Of a stretch of 64,000 nt of DNA, positions 12,792-26,046 are shown in pieces. Both the position numbers and the translations under genes were made by a program. The stretch lies in contig OZ059899.1 in assembly GCA_964057225.1 (NCBI GenBank), positions 10,106,001 through 10,170,000 on the forward strand. Direction: 5' to 3'. How positions within the stretch are numbered: position 1 is the stretch's first letter; every line of letters starts with the position of its first letter. Source of the DNA: Auanema rhodensis (lineage: Eukaryota > Animalia > Nematoda). The notes under the pieces were generated by a model. That model was not told the DNA's origin. It did no database searches and worked only from the letters and a program-made list of their open reading frames with translations.

Positions 12792-13979
12792 TAAATTTTT
12801 TTCATTTCACTTGTCATTTATAAAAATCGAATTTATCTTCTTCAACGATTATTTTTGCAATGTGTCATAAGAATTTCATAGTTGAACAAAACGTTTTTTA
12901 AGAAGTTTTTTTGTTGTCAACATATATATTTTCCTGGAATTCGAAAGCATTTGGGATGGAAATTAGAAAGAAAAGAACTAGTTTTTCCTATTTTAAAACA
13001 AACAATAAGAAATAAAATGAAAAAGATTGTTAGATATCCAATTTAAACTTATACATTTACTTTGATAAAGAGCCTATTAGATTGAAATTTTATGTCTTAC
13101 AGTTCTCCAACAGAACAGACTGATCCTGATTTTTCTACGATTACATAAAACTCTCGTTTGATATAAAAGCATATTGGATTGAAATTTCGAAAGCATTTTG
13201 GATGGAAATTAGAACGAAAAGAACTAGTTTTTTCTATTTTAAAACAAACAATAATAAACAGAATGAAAAGATTGTTAGATATCCAATTTTAACTTATACA
13301 TTTACTTCGATGAAGAGCCTATTAGATTGAATTTTTATGTCTTACAGTTCTCCAACAGAACAGACTGATCCTGATTTTTCTACGATTACATAAAACTCTC
13401 GTTTGATATACAAAAAGGAGAGGAATAACGTTTCCAGGATATCAATGATATCGAATCTAGTGATATTGTAGAAAAATGTAATGTCAGCTCCATAGTTTTT
13501 CTCTTAATTTCTCTCATCACAATAGTCTTAGTTTTTTTTCATAAGAGTTTCTGAAATCTTAGTTGAACAAGGCCGTATATATTTTCCTAGAATTCGAAAG
13601 CATTTGGAATGGAAATTAGAAAGAAAAGAACTAGTTTCTCCTATTTTAAAACAAACAATAAGAAATAAAATGAAAAGATTCTTAGATATCCAATTTGAAC
13701 TTATACATTTACTTTGATAAAAAGCCTATTAGATTGGAATTTTCTGTCTTACAGTACTCCAACAGAACAGACTGATCCTGATTTCTCTACGATTACATTA
13801 GCCTCTCGTTTGATATAAAAAAAGAAGAGGGATAACGTTTCCAGGATATCAATGATATCGAATCTAGTGATATTGTAAAAAAATGTAATGTCAGCTCCAT
13901 AGGTTTTCTCTTAATTTCTCTCATCACAATTGTCTTAGTTTTTTTTCTCATAAGAGTTTCTGAAATCTTAGTTGAACAA

Positions 13980-14052
13980 GGCCGCGTGGCGCAATGGATA
14001 ACGCGTCTGCCTACGGAGCAGAAGATTGTAGGTTCGAATCCTGCCGTGGTCG
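13980..14052 (+). tRNA. tRNA-Arg(ACG): tRNA-Arg(ACG), copy 11
   Basis: Identical to copy 1. Confidence 0.97.
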
Positions 14053-14833
14053 TAAATTTTTTTCATTTCACTTGTCATTTACAAAAATCGAATTTATCTT
14101 CTTCAACCATTATTTTTGCAATGTGTCATAAGAATTTCACAGTTGAACAGAACGTTTTTTAAGAAGTTTTTTTGTTGTCAACATATATATTTTTCTGGAA
14201 TTCGAAAGCATTTGGGATGGAAATTAGAAAGAAAAGAACTAGTTTTTCCTACTTTAAAACAAACAATAAGAAATAAAATGAAAAAGATTGTTAGATATCC
14301 AATTTAAACTTATACATTTACTTCGATAAAGAGCCTATTAGTTTGAAATTTTATGTCTTACAGTTTTCCAACAGAACAGACTGATCCTGATTTTTCTACG
14401 ATTACATAAAACTCTCGTTTGATATAAAAGCATATTGGATAGAAATTTCGAAAGCATTTGGGATGAAAATTAGAAAGAAAAGAACTAGTTTTTCCTACTT
14501 TAAAACAAACAAAAAGAAATAAAATAAAAAAGATTGTTAGATATCCAATTTAAACTTATACATTTACTTTGATAAAGAGCCTATTAGAATGAAATTTTAT
14601 GTCTTACAGTTCTCCAACAGAACAGACTGATCCTGATTTCTCTATGATTACATAAAACTCTCGTTTGATATAAAAAAAGGAGAGGAATAACGTTTCCAGG
14701 ATGTCAATGATATCGAATCTAGTGATATTGTAGAAAAATGTAATGTCAGCTCCATAGTTTTTCTCTTAATTTCTCTCATCACAATAGTCTTAGTTTTTTT
14801 TTCATAAGAGTTTCTGAAATCTTAGTTGAACCA

Positions 14834-14906
14834 GGCCGCGTGGCGCAATGGATAACGCGTCTGCCTACGGAGCAGAAGATTGTAGGTTCGAATCCTGCCG
14901 TGGTCG
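14834..14906 (+). tRNA. tRNA-Arg(ACG): tRNA-Arg(ACG), copy 12
   Basis: Identical to copy 1; 5' flank GAACCA. Confidence 0.97.
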
Positions 14907-16097
14907 TAAATTTTTTTCATTTCACTTGTCATTTACAAAAATCGAATTTATCTTCTTCAACCATTATTTTTGCAATGTGTCATAAGAATTTCACAGTTGA
15001 ACAGAACGTTTTTTAAGAAGTTTTTTTGTTGTCAACATATATATTTTCCTGAAATTCGAAAGCATTTGGGATGAAAATTAGAAAAAAAAGAACTAGTTTT
15101 TCCTACTTTAAAACAAACAATAAGAAATAAAATGAAAAAGATTGTTAGATATCCAATTTAAACTTATACATTTACTTTGATAAAGAGCCTATTAGAATGA
15201 AATTTTATGTCTTACAGTTCTCCAACAGAACAGACTGATCCTGATATTTCTACGATTACATAAAACTCTCGTTTGATATAAAAGCATATTGGATAGAAAT
15301 TTCGAAAGCATTTGGGATGGAAATTAGAAAGAAACAAACTAGTTTTTCCTACTTTAAAACAAACAATGAGAAACAAAATGAAAAGATTGTTAGATATCCA
15401 ATTTTAACTTATACATTTACTTCGATGAAGAGCCTATTAGATTGAATTTTTATGTCTTACAGTTCTCCAACAGAACAGACTGATCCTGATTTTTCTACGA
15501 TTACATAAAACTCTCGTTTGATATACAAAAAGGAGAGGAATAACGTTTCCAGGATATCAATGATATCGAATCTAGTGATATTGTAGAAAAATGTAATGTC
15601 AGCTCCATAGGTTTTCTTTTAATTTCTCTCATCACAATTGTCTTAGTTTTTTTTCTCATAAGAGTTTCTGAAATCTTAGGTGTACAAGGCCGTATATATT
15701 TTCCTGGAATTCGAAAGGATTTGGGATGGAAATTAAAAAGAAAAGAACTAGTTTTTCCTACTTTAAAACAAACAATAGGAGATAAAATGAAAAAGATTGT
15801 TAGATATCCAATTTAAACTTATACATTTACTTCGATAAAGAGCCTATTAGTTTGAAATTTTATGTCTTACAGTTCTACAACAGAACAGACTGATCCTGAT
15901 TTCTCTATGATTACATAAAACTCTCGTTTGATATACAAAAAGGAGAGGAATAACGTTTCCAGGATATCAATGATATCGAATCTAGTGATATTGTAGAAAA
16001 ATGTAATGTCAGCTCCATAGGTTTTCTCTTAATTTCTCTCATCACAATTGTCTTAGTTTTTTTTCTCATAAGAGTTTCTGAAATCTTAGTTGATCAA

Positions 16098-16170
16098 GGC
16101 CGCGTGGCGCAATGGATAACGCGTCTGCCTACGGAGCAGAAGATTGTAGGTTCGAATCCTGCCGTGGTCG
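16098..16170 (+). tRNA. tRNA-Arg(ACG): tRNA-Arg(ACG), copy 13
   Basis: Identical to copy 1; 5' flank GATCAA. Confidence 0.97.
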
Positions 16171-16318
16171 TAAATTTTTTTCATTTCTCTTGTCATTTAC
16201 AAAAATCGAATTTATCTTCTTCAACCATTTTTTTTGCAATGTGTCATAAGAATTTCACAGTTGAACAGAACGTTTTTTAAGAAGTTTTTTTGTTGTCAAC
16301 ATATATATTTTTCTGGAA

Positions 16319-16925
16319 TTCGAAAGCATTTGGGATGGAAATTAGAAAGAAAAGAACTAGTTTTTCCTACTTTAAAACAAACAATAAAAAATGAAATGAA
16401 AAAGATTGTTAGATATCCAATTTAAGCTTATACATTTACTTCGATAAAGAGCCTATTAGTTTGAAATTTTATGTCTTACAGTTCTCCAACAGAACAGACT
16501 GATCCTGATTTCTCTATGATTACATAAAACTCTCGTTTGATATACAAAAAGGAGAGGAATAACGTTTCCAGGATATCAATGATATCGAATCTAGTGATAT
16601 TGTAGAAAAATGTAATGTCAGCTCCATAGTTTTTCTCTTAATTTCTCTCATCACAATAGTCTTAGTTTTTTTTCATAAGAGTTTCTGAAATCTTAGTTGA
16701 ACAAGACCGCGTGGCGCAATGGATAACGCGTCTGCCTACGGAGCAGAAGATTGTAGGTTCGAATCCTGCCGTGGTCGTAAATTTTTTTCATTTCACTTGT
16801 CATGTACAAAAATCAAATTTATCTTCTTCAACGATTATTTTTGCAATGTGTCATAAAAATTGCACAGTTGAACAAAACGTTTTTTAAGAATTTTTTTTGT
16901 TGTCAACATATATATTTTCCTGGAA
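16319..16925 (+). repeat. Example T monomer (607 bp): core + 3' module + tRNA-Arg + trailer
   Basis: TTCGAAAG at 16319 to the next TTCGAAAG at 16926; contains the tRNA at 16705-16777. Confidence 0.93.
16705..16777 (+). tRNA. tRNA-Arg(ACG): tRNA-Arg(ACG), copy 14, G2A isodecoder
   Basis: Begins GACCGCG, so A2:U71 replaces G2:U71; rest identical. Confidence 0.96.
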
Positions 16926-17171
16926 TTCGAAAGCAGTTGGGATGGAAATTAGAAAGAATAGAACTAGTTTTTCCTACTTTAAAACAAACAATAAGAAATA
17001 AAATGAAAAAGATTGTTAGATATCCAATTTAAACTTATACATTTACTTCGATAAAGAGCCTATTAGTTTGAAATTTTATGTCTTACAGTTTTCCAACAGA
17101 ACAGACTGATCCTGATTTTTCTACGATTACATAAAACTCTCGTTTGATATAAAAGCATATTGGATAGAAAT
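16926..17171 (+). repeat. Example S monomer (246 bp): core only, ending GATATAAAAGCATATTGGATAGAAAT
   Basis: TTCGAAAG at 16926 to the next at 17172; lacks the GAGGAATAACG...GAACAAGGCCG module. Confidence 0.93.
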
Positions 17172-17558
17172 TTCGAAAGCATTTGGGATGAAAATTAGAA
17201 AAAAAAGAACTAGTTTTTCCTACTTTAAAACAAACAAAAAGAAATAAAATAAAAAAGATTGTTAGATATCCAATTTAAACTTATACATTTACTTTGATAA
17301 AGAGCCTATTAGAATGAAATTTTATGTCTTACAGTTCTCCAACAGAACAGACTGATCCTGATTTCTCTATGATTACATAAAACTCTCGTTTGATATAAAA
17401 AAAGGAGAGGAATAACGTTTCCAGGATGTCAATGATATCGAATCTAGTGATATTGTAGAAAAATGTAATGTCAGCTCCATAGTTTTTCTCTTAATTTCTC
17501 TCATCACAATAGTCTTAGTTTTTTTTTCATAAGAGTTTCTGAAATCTTAGTTGAACCA

Positions 17559-17631
17559 GGCCGCGTGGCGCAATGGATAACGCGTCTGCCTACGGAGCAG
17601 AAGATTGTAGGTTCGAATCCTGCCGTGGTCG
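17559..17631 (+). tRNA. tRNA-Arg(ACG): tRNA-Arg(ACG), copy 15
   Basis: Identical to copy 1. Confidence 0.97.
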
Positions 17632-18412
17632 TAAATTTTTTTCATTTCACTTGTCATTTACAAAAATCGAATTTATCTTCTTCAACCATTATTTTTGCAA
17701 TGTGTCATAAGAATTTCACAGTTGAACAGAACGTTTTTTAAGAAGTTTTTTTGTTGTCAACATATATATTTTCCTGAAATTCGAAAGCATTTGGGATGAA
17801 AATTAGAAAGAAAAGAACTAGTTTTTCCTACTTTAAAACAAACAATAAGAAATAAAATGAAAAAGATTGTTAGATATCCAATTTAAACTTATACATTTAC
17901 TTCGATAAAGAGCCTATTAGTTTGAAATTTTATGTCTTACAGTTCTCCAACAGAACAGACTGATCCTGATATTTCTACGATTACATAAAACTCTCGTTTG
18001 ATATAAAAGCATATTGGATAGAAATTTCGAAAGCATTTGGGATGGAAATTAGAAAGAAACAAACTAGTTTTTCCTACTTTAAAACAAACAATGAGAAACA
18101 AAATGAAAAGATTGTTAGATATCCAATTTTAACTTATACATTTACTTCGATGAAGAGCCTATTAGATTGAATTTTTATGTCTTACAGTTCTCCAACAGAA
18201 CAGACTGATCCTGATTTTTCTACGATTACATAAAACTCTCGTTTGATATACAAAAAGGAGAGGAATAACGTTTCCAGGATATCAATGATATCGAATCTAG
18301 TGATATTGTAGAAAAATGTAATGTCAGCTCCATAGGTTTTCTTTTAATTTCTCTCATCACAATTGTCTTAGTTTTTTTTCTCATAAGAGTTTCTGAAATC
18401 TTAGTTGAACAA

Positions 18413-18485
18413 GGCCGCGTGGCGCAATGGATAACGCGTCTGCCTACGGAGCAGAAGATTGTAGGTTCGAATCCTGCCGTGGTCG
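18413..18485 (+). tRNA. tRNA-Arg(ACG): tRNA-Arg(ACG), copy 16
   Basis: Identical to copy 1. Confidence 0.97.
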
Positions 18486-19673
18486 TAAATTTTTTTCATT
18501 TCACTTGTCATTTATAAAAATCGAATTTATCTTCTTCAACGATTATTTTTGCAATGTGTCATAAGAATTTCATAGTTGAACAAAACGTTTTTTAAGAAGT
18601 TTTTTTGTTGTCAACATATATATTTTCCTGGAATTCGAAAGCATTTGGGATGGAAATTAGAAAGAAAAGAACTAGTTTTTCCTATTTTAAAACAAACAAT
18701 AAGAAATAAAATGAAAAAGATTGTTAGATATCCAATTTAAACTTATACATTTACTTTGATAAAGAGCCTATTAGATTGAAATTTTATGTCTTACAGTTCT
18801 CCAACAGAACAGACTGATCCTGATTTTTCTACGATTACATAAAACTCTCGTTTGATATAAAAGCATATTGGATTGAAATTTCGAAAGCATTTTGGATGGA
18901 AATTAGAACGAAAAGAACTAGTTTTTTCTATTTTAAAACAAACAATAATAAACAGAATGAAAAGATTGTTAGATATCCAATTTTAACTTATACATTTACT
19001 TCGATGAAGAGCCTATTAGATTGAATTTTTATGTCTTACAGTTCTCCAACAGAACAGACTGATCCTGATTTTTCTACGATTACATAAAACTCTCGTTTGA
19101 TATACAAAAAGGAGAGGAATAACGTTTCCAGGATATCAATGATATCGAATCTAGTGATATTGTAGAAAAATGTAATGTCAGCTCCATAGTTTTTCTCTTA
19201 ATTTCTCTCATCACAATAGTCTTAGTTTTTTTTCATAAGAGTTTCTGAAATCTTAGTTGAACAAGGCCGTATATATTTTCCTAGAATTCGAAAGCATTTG
19301 GAATGGAAATTAGAAAGAAAAGAACTAGTTTCTCCTATTTTAAAACAAACAATAAGAAATAAAATGAAAAGATTCTTAGATATCCAATTTGAACTTATAC
19401 ATTTACTTTGATAAAAAGCCTATTAGATTGGAATTTTCTGTCTTACAGTACTCCAACAGAACAGACTGATCCTGATTTCTCTACGATTACATTAGCCTCT
19501 CGTTTGATATAAAAAAAGAAGAGGGATAACGTTTCCAGGATATCAATGATATCGAATCTAGTGATATTGTAAAAAAATGTAATGTCAGCTCCATAGGTTT
19601 TCTCTTAATTTCTCTCATCACAATTGTCTTAGTTTTTTTTCTCATAAGAGTTTCTGAAATCTTAGTTGAACAA

Positions 19674-19746
19674 GGCCGCGTGGCGCAATGGATAACGCGT
19701 CTGCCTACGGAGCAGAAGATTGTAGGTTCGAATCCTGCCGTGGTCG
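19674..19746 (+). tRNA. tRNA-Arg(ACG): tRNA-Arg(ACG), copy 17
   Basis: Identical to copy 1. Confidence 0.97.
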
Positions 19747-20526
19747 TAAATTTTTTTCATTTCACTTGTCATTTACAAAAATCGAATTTATCTTCTTCAA
19801 CCATTATTTTTGCAATGTGTCATAAGAATTTCACAGTTGAACAGAACGTTTTTTAAGAAGTTTTTTTGTTGTCAACATATATATTTTTCTGGAATTCGAA
19901 AGCATTTGGGATGGAAATTAGAAAGAAAAGAACTAGTTTTTCCTACTTTAAAACAAACAATAAGAAATAAAATGAAAAAGATTGTTAGATATCCAATTTA
20001 AACTTATACATTTACTTCGATAAAGAGCCTATTAGTTTGAAATTTTATGTCTTACAGTTTTCCAACAGAACAGACTGATCCTGATTTTTCTACGATTACA
20101 TAAAACTCTCGTTTGATATAAAAGCATATTGGATAGAAATTTCGAAAGCATTTGGGATGGAAATTAGAAAGAAAAGAACTAGTTTTTCCTACTTTAAAAC
20201 AAACAATAAAAAATGAAATGAAAAAGATTGTTAGATATCCAATTTAAGCTTATACATTTACTTCGATAAAGAGCCTATTAGTTTGAAATTTTATGTCTTA
20301 CAGTTCTCCAACAGAACAGACTGATCCTGATTTCTCTATGATTACATAAAACTCTCGTTTGATATACAAAAAGGAGAGGAATAACGTTTCCAGGATATCA
20401 ATGATATCGAATCTAGTGATATTGTAGAAAAATGTAATGTCAGCTCCATAGTTTTTCTCTTAATTTCTCTCATCACAATAGTCTTAGTTTTTTTTCATAA
20501 GAGTTTCTGAAATCTTAGTTGAACAA

Positions 20527-20599
20527 GACCGCGTGGCGCAATGGATAACGCGTCTGCCTACGGAGCAGAAGATTGTAGGTTCGAATCCTGCCGTGGTCG
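20527..20599 (+). tRNA. tRNA-Arg(ACG): tRNA-Arg(ACG), copy 18, G2A isodecoder
   Basis: Begins GACCGCG. Confidence 0.96.
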
Positions 20600-21380
20600 T
20601 AAATTTTTTTCATTTCACTTGTCATGTACAAAAATCAAATTTATCTTCTTCAACGATTATTTTTGCAATGTGTCATAAAAATTGCACAGTTGAACAAAAC
20701 GTTTTTTAAGAATTTTTTTTGTTGTCAACATATATATTTTCCTGGAATTCGAAAGCAGTTGGGATGGAAATTAGAAAGAATAGAACTAGTTTTTCCTACT
20801 TTAAAACAAACAATAAGAAATAAAATGAAAAAGATTGTTAGATATCCAATTTAAACTTATACATTTACTTCGATAAAGAGCCTATTAGTTTGAAATTTTA
20901 TGTCTTACAGTTTTCCAACAGAACAGACTGATCCTGATTTTTCTACGATTACATAAAACTCTCGTTTGATATAAAAGCATATTGGATAGAAATTTCGAAA
21001 GCATTTGGGATGAAAATTAGAAAAAAAAGAACTAGTTTTTCCTACTTTAAAACAAACAAAAAGAAATAAAATAAAAAAGATTGTTAGATATCCAATTTAA
21101 ACTTATACATTTACTTTGATAAAGAGCCTATTAGAATGAAATTTTATGTCTTACAGTTCTCCAACAGAACAGACTGATCCTGATTTCTCTATGATTACAT
21201 AAAACTCTCGTTTGATATAAAAAAAGGAGAGGAATAACGTTTCCAGGATGTCAATGATATCGAATCTAGTGATATTGTAGAAAAATGTAATGTCAGCTCC
21301 ATAGTTTTTCTCTTAATTTCTCTCATCACAATAGTCTTAGTTTTTTTTTCATAAGAGTTTCTGAAATCTTAGTTGAACCA

Positions 21381-21453
21381 GGCCGCGTGGCGCAATGGAT
21401 AACGCGTCTGCCTACGGAGCAGAAGATTGTAGGTTCGAATCCTGCCGTGGTCG
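21381..21453 (+). tRNA. tRNA-Arg(ACG): tRNA-Arg(ACG), copy 19
   Basis: Identical to copy 1. Confidence 0.97.
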
Positions 21454-22643
21454 TAAATTTTTTTCATTTCACTTGTCATTTACAAAAATCGAATTTATCT
21501 TCTTCAACCATTATTTTTGCAATGTGTCATAAGAATTTCACAGTTGAACAGAACGTTTTTTAAGAAGTTTTTTTGTTGTCAACATATATATTTTCCTGAA
21601 ATTCGAAAGCATTTGGGATGAAAATTAGAAAGAAAAGAACTAGTTTTTCCTACTTTAAAACAAACAATAAGAAATAAAATGAAAAAGATTGTTAGATATC
21701 CAATTTAAACTTATACATTTACTTCGATAAAGAGCCTATTAGTTTGAAATTTTATGTCTTACAGTTCTCCAACAGAACAGACTGATCCTGATATTTCTAC
21801 GATTACATAAAACTCTCGTTTGATATAAAAGCATATTGGATAGAAATTTCGAAAGCATTTGGGATGGAAATTAGAAAGAAACAAACTAGTTTTTCCTACT
21901 TTAAAACAAACAATGAGAAACAAAATGAAAAGATTGTTAGATATCCAATTTTAACTTATACATTTACTTCGATGAAGAGCCTATTAGATTGAATTTTTAT
22001 GTCTTACAGTTCTCCAACAGAACAGACTGATCCTGATTTTTCTACGATTACATAAAACTCTCGTTTGATATACAAAAAGGAGAGGAATAACGTTTCCAGG
22101 ATATCAATGATATCGAATCTAGTGATATTGTAGAAAAATGTAATGTCAGCTCCATAGGTTTTCTTTTAATTTCTCTCATCACAATTGTCTTAGTTTTTTT
22201 TCTCATAAGAGTTTCTGAAATCTTAGGTGTACAAGGCCGTATATATTTTCCTGGAATTCGAAAGGATTTGGGATGGAAATTAGAAAGAAAAGAACTAGTT
22301 TTTCCTACTTTAAAACAAACAATAGGAGATAAAATGAAAAGATTGTTAGATATCCAATTTTAACTTATACATTTACTTCGATAAAGAGCCTATTAGTTTG
22401 AAATTTTATGTCTTACAGTTCTACAACAGAACAGACTGATCCTGATTTCTCTATGATTACATAAAACTCTCGTTTGATATACAAAAAGGAGAGGAATAAC
22501 GTTTCCAGGATATCAATGATATCGAATCTAGTGATATTGTAGAAAAATGTAATGTCAGCTCCATAGGTTTTCTCTTAATTTCTCTCATCACAATTGTCTT
22601 AGTTTTTTTTCTCATAAGAGTTTCTGAAATCTTAGTTGATCAA

Positions 22644-22716
22644 GGCCGCGTGGCGCAATGGATAACGCGTCTGCCTACGGAGCAGAAGATTGTAGGTTCG
22701 AATCCTGCCGTGGTCG
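22644..22716 (+). tRNA. tRNA-Arg(ACG): tRNA-Arg(ACG), copy 20
   Basis: Identical to copy 1. Confidence 0.97.
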
Positions 22717-23250
22717 TAAATTTTTTTCATTTCTCTTGTCATTTACAAAAATCGAATTTATCTTCTTCAACCATTTTTTTTGCAATGTGTCATAAGAATT
22801 TCACAGTTGAACAGAACGTTTTTTAAGAAGATTTTTTGTTGTCAACATATATATTTTTCTGGAATTCGAAAGCATTTGGGATGGAAATTAGAAAGAAAAG
22901 AACTAGTTTTTCCTACTTTAAAACAAACAATAAAAAATGAAATGAAAAAGATTGTTAGATATCCAATTTAAGCTTATACATTTACTTCGATAAAGAGCCT
23001 ATTAGTTTGAAATTTTATGTCTTACAGTTCTCCAACAGAACAGACTGATCCTGATTTCTCTATGATTACATAAAACTCTCGTTTGATATACAAAAAGGAG
23101 AGGAATAACGTTTCCAGGATATCAATGATATCGAATCTAGTGATATTGTAGAAAAATGTAATGTCAGCTCCATAGTTTTTCTCTTAATTTCTCTCATCAC
23201 AATAGTCTTAGTTTTTTTTCATAAGAGTTTCTGAAATCTTAGTTGAACAA

Positions 23251-23323
23251 GACCGCGTGGCGCAATGGATAACGCGTCTGCCTACGGAGCAGAAGATTGT
23301 AGGTTCGAATCCTGCCGTGGTCG
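23251..23323 (+). tRNA. tRNA-Arg(ACG): tRNA-Arg(ACG), copy 21, G2A isodecoder
   Basis: Begins GACCGCG. Confidence 0.96.
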
Positions 23324-24103
23324 TAAATTTTTTTCATTTCACTTGTCATGTACAAAAATCAAATTTATCTTCTTCAACGATTATTTTTGCAATGTGTCAT
23401 AAAAATTGCACAGTTGAACAAAACGTTTTTTAAGAATTTTTTTTGTTGTCAACATATATATTTTCCTGGAATTCGAAAGCAGTTGGGATGGAAATTAGAA
23501 AGAATAGAACTAGTTTTTCCTACTTTAAAACAAACAATAAGAAATAAAATGAAAAAGATTGTTAGATATCCAATTTAAACTTATACATTTACTTCGATAA
23601 AGAGCCTATTAGTTTGAAATTTTATGTCTTACAGTTTTCCAACAGAACAGACTGATCCTGATTTTTCTACGATTACATAAAACTCTCGTTTGATATAAAA
23701 GCATATTGGATAGAAATTTCGAAAGCATTTGGGATGAAAATTAGAAAGAAAAGAACTAGTTTTTCCTACTTTAAAACAAACAAAAAGAAATAAAATAAAA
23801 AAGATTGTTAGATATCCAATTTAAACTTATACATTTACTTTGATAAAGAGCCTATTAGAATGAAATTTTATGTCTTACAGTTTTCCAACAGAACAGACTG
23901 ATCCTGATTTCTCTATGATTACATAAAACTCTCGTTTGATATAAAAAAAGGAGAGGAATAACGTTTCCAGGATGTCAATGATATCGAATCTAGTGATATT
24001 GTAGAAAAATGTAATGTCAGCTCCATAGTTTTTCTCTTAATTTCTCTCATCACAATAGTCTTAGATTTTTTTCATAAGAGTTTCTGAAATCTTAGTTGAA
24101 CCA

Positions 24104-24176
24104 GGCCGCGTGGCGCAATGGATAACGCGTCTGCCTACGGAGCAGAAGATTGTAGGTTCGAATCCTGCCGTGGTCG
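24104..24176 (+). tRNA. tRNA-Arg(ACG): tRNA-Arg(ACG), copy 22
   Basis: Identical to copy 1. Confidence 0.97.
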
Positions 24177-25366
24177 TAAATTTTTTTCATTTCACTTGTC
24201 ATTTACAAAAATCGAATTTATCTTCTTCAACCATTATTTTTGCAATGTGTCATAAGAATTTCACAGTTGAACAGAACGTTTTTTAAGAAGTTTTTTTGTT
24301 GTCAACATATATATTTTCCTGAAATTCGAAAGCATTTGGGATGAAAATTAGAAAGAAAAGAACTAGTTTTTCCTACTTTAAAACAAACAATAAGAAATAA
24401 AATGAAAAAGATTGTTAGATATCCAATTTAAACTTATACATTTACTTCGATAAAGAGCCTATTAGTTTGAAATTTTATGTCTTACAGTTCTCCAACAGAA
24501 CAGACTGATCCTGATATTTCTACGATTACATAAAACTCTCGTTTGATATAAAAGCATATTGGATAGAAATTTCGAAAGCATTTGGGATGGAAATTAGAAA
24601 GAAACAAACTAGTTTTTCCTACTTTAAAACAAACAATGAGAAACAAAATGAAAAGATTGTTAGATATCCAATTTTAACTTATACATTTACTTCGATGAAG
24701 AGCCTATTAGATTGAATTTTTATGTCTTACAGTTCTCCAACAGAACAGACTGATCCTGATTTTTCTACGATTACATAAAACTCTCGTTTGATATACAAAA
24801 AGGAGAGGAATAACGTTTCCAGGATATCAATGATATCGAATCTAGTGATATTGTAGAAAAATGTAATGTCAGCTCCATAGGTTTTCTTTTAATTTCTCTC
24901 ATCACAATTGTCTTAGTTTTTTTTCTCATAAGAGTTTCTGAAATCTTAGGTGTACAAGGCCGTATATATTTTCCTGGAATTCGAAAGGATTTGGGATGGA
25001 AATTAGAAAGAAAAGAACTAGTTTTTCCTACTTTAAAACAAACAATAGGAGATAAAATGAAAAGATTGTTAGATATCCAATTTTAACTTATACATTTACT
25101 TCGATAAAGAGCCTATTAGTTTGAAATTTTATGTCTTACAGTTCTACAACAGAACAGACTGATCCTGATTTCTCTATGATTACATAAAACTCTCGTTTGA
25201 TATACAAAAAGGAGAGGAATAACGTTTCCAGGATATCAATGATATCGAATCTAGTGATATTGTAGAAAAATGTAATGTCAGCTCCATAGGTTTTCTCTTA
25301 ATTTCTCTCATCACAATTGTCTTAGTTTTTTTTCTCATAAGAGTTTCTGAAATCTTAGTTGATCAA

Positions 25367-25439
25367 GGCCGCGTGGCGCAATGGATAACGCGTCTGCCTA
25401 CGGAGCAGAAGATTGTAGGTTCGAATCCTGCCGTGGTCG
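25367..25439 (+). tRNA. tRNA-Arg(ACG): tRNA-Arg(ACG), copy 23
   Basis: Identical to copy 1. Confidence 0.97.
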
Positions 25440-25973
25440 TAAATTTTTTTCATTTCTCTTGTCATTTACAAAAATCGAATTTATCTTCTTCAACCATTTT
25501 TTTTGCAATGTGTCATAAGAATTTCACAGTTGAACAGAACGTTTTTTAAGAAGATTTTTTGTTGTCAACATATATATTTTTCTGGAATTCGAAAGCATTT
25601 GGGATGGAAATTAGAAAGAAAAGAACTAGTTTTTCCTACTTTAAAACAAACAATAAAAAATGAAATGAAAAAGATTGTTAGATATCCAATTTAAGCTTAT
25701 ACATTTACTTCGATAAAGAGCCTATTAGTTTGAAATTTTATGTCTTACAGTTCTCCAACAGAACAGACTGATCCTGATTTCTCTATGATTACATAAAACT
25801 CTCGTTTGATATACAAAAAGGAGAGGAATAACGTTTCCAGGATATCAATGATATCGAATCTAGTGATATTGTAGAAAAATGTAATGTCAGCTCCATAGTT
25901 TTTCTCTTAATTTCTCTCATCACAATAGTCTTAGTTTTTTTTCATAAGAGTTTCTGAAATCTTAGTTGAACAA

Positions 25974-26046
25974 GACCGCGTGGCGCAATGGATAACGCGT
26001 CTGCCTACGGAGCAGAAGATTGTAGGTTCGAATCCTGCCGTGGTCG
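25974..26046 (+). tRNA. tRNA-Arg(ACG): tRNA-Arg(ACG), copy 24, G2A isodecoder
   Basis: Begins GACCGCG. Confidence 0.96.

Larger units (their letters stand above)
9480..13620 (+). repeat. ~2081-bp higher-order tandem duplication (boundaries approximate)
   Basis: tRNA 10638->12719, the rare GAACAAAGCAG junction 9811->11892 and the rare GGATTGAAATT allele ~11095->~13176 all share a 2081 offset. Confidence 0.85.

Noticed and set aside
16319-17171. Monomer lengths as nucleosome multiples (differences of ~165 and ~199 bp)
   Set aside because: 246, 410 and 607 share no consistent period; cannot be supported without MNase data.
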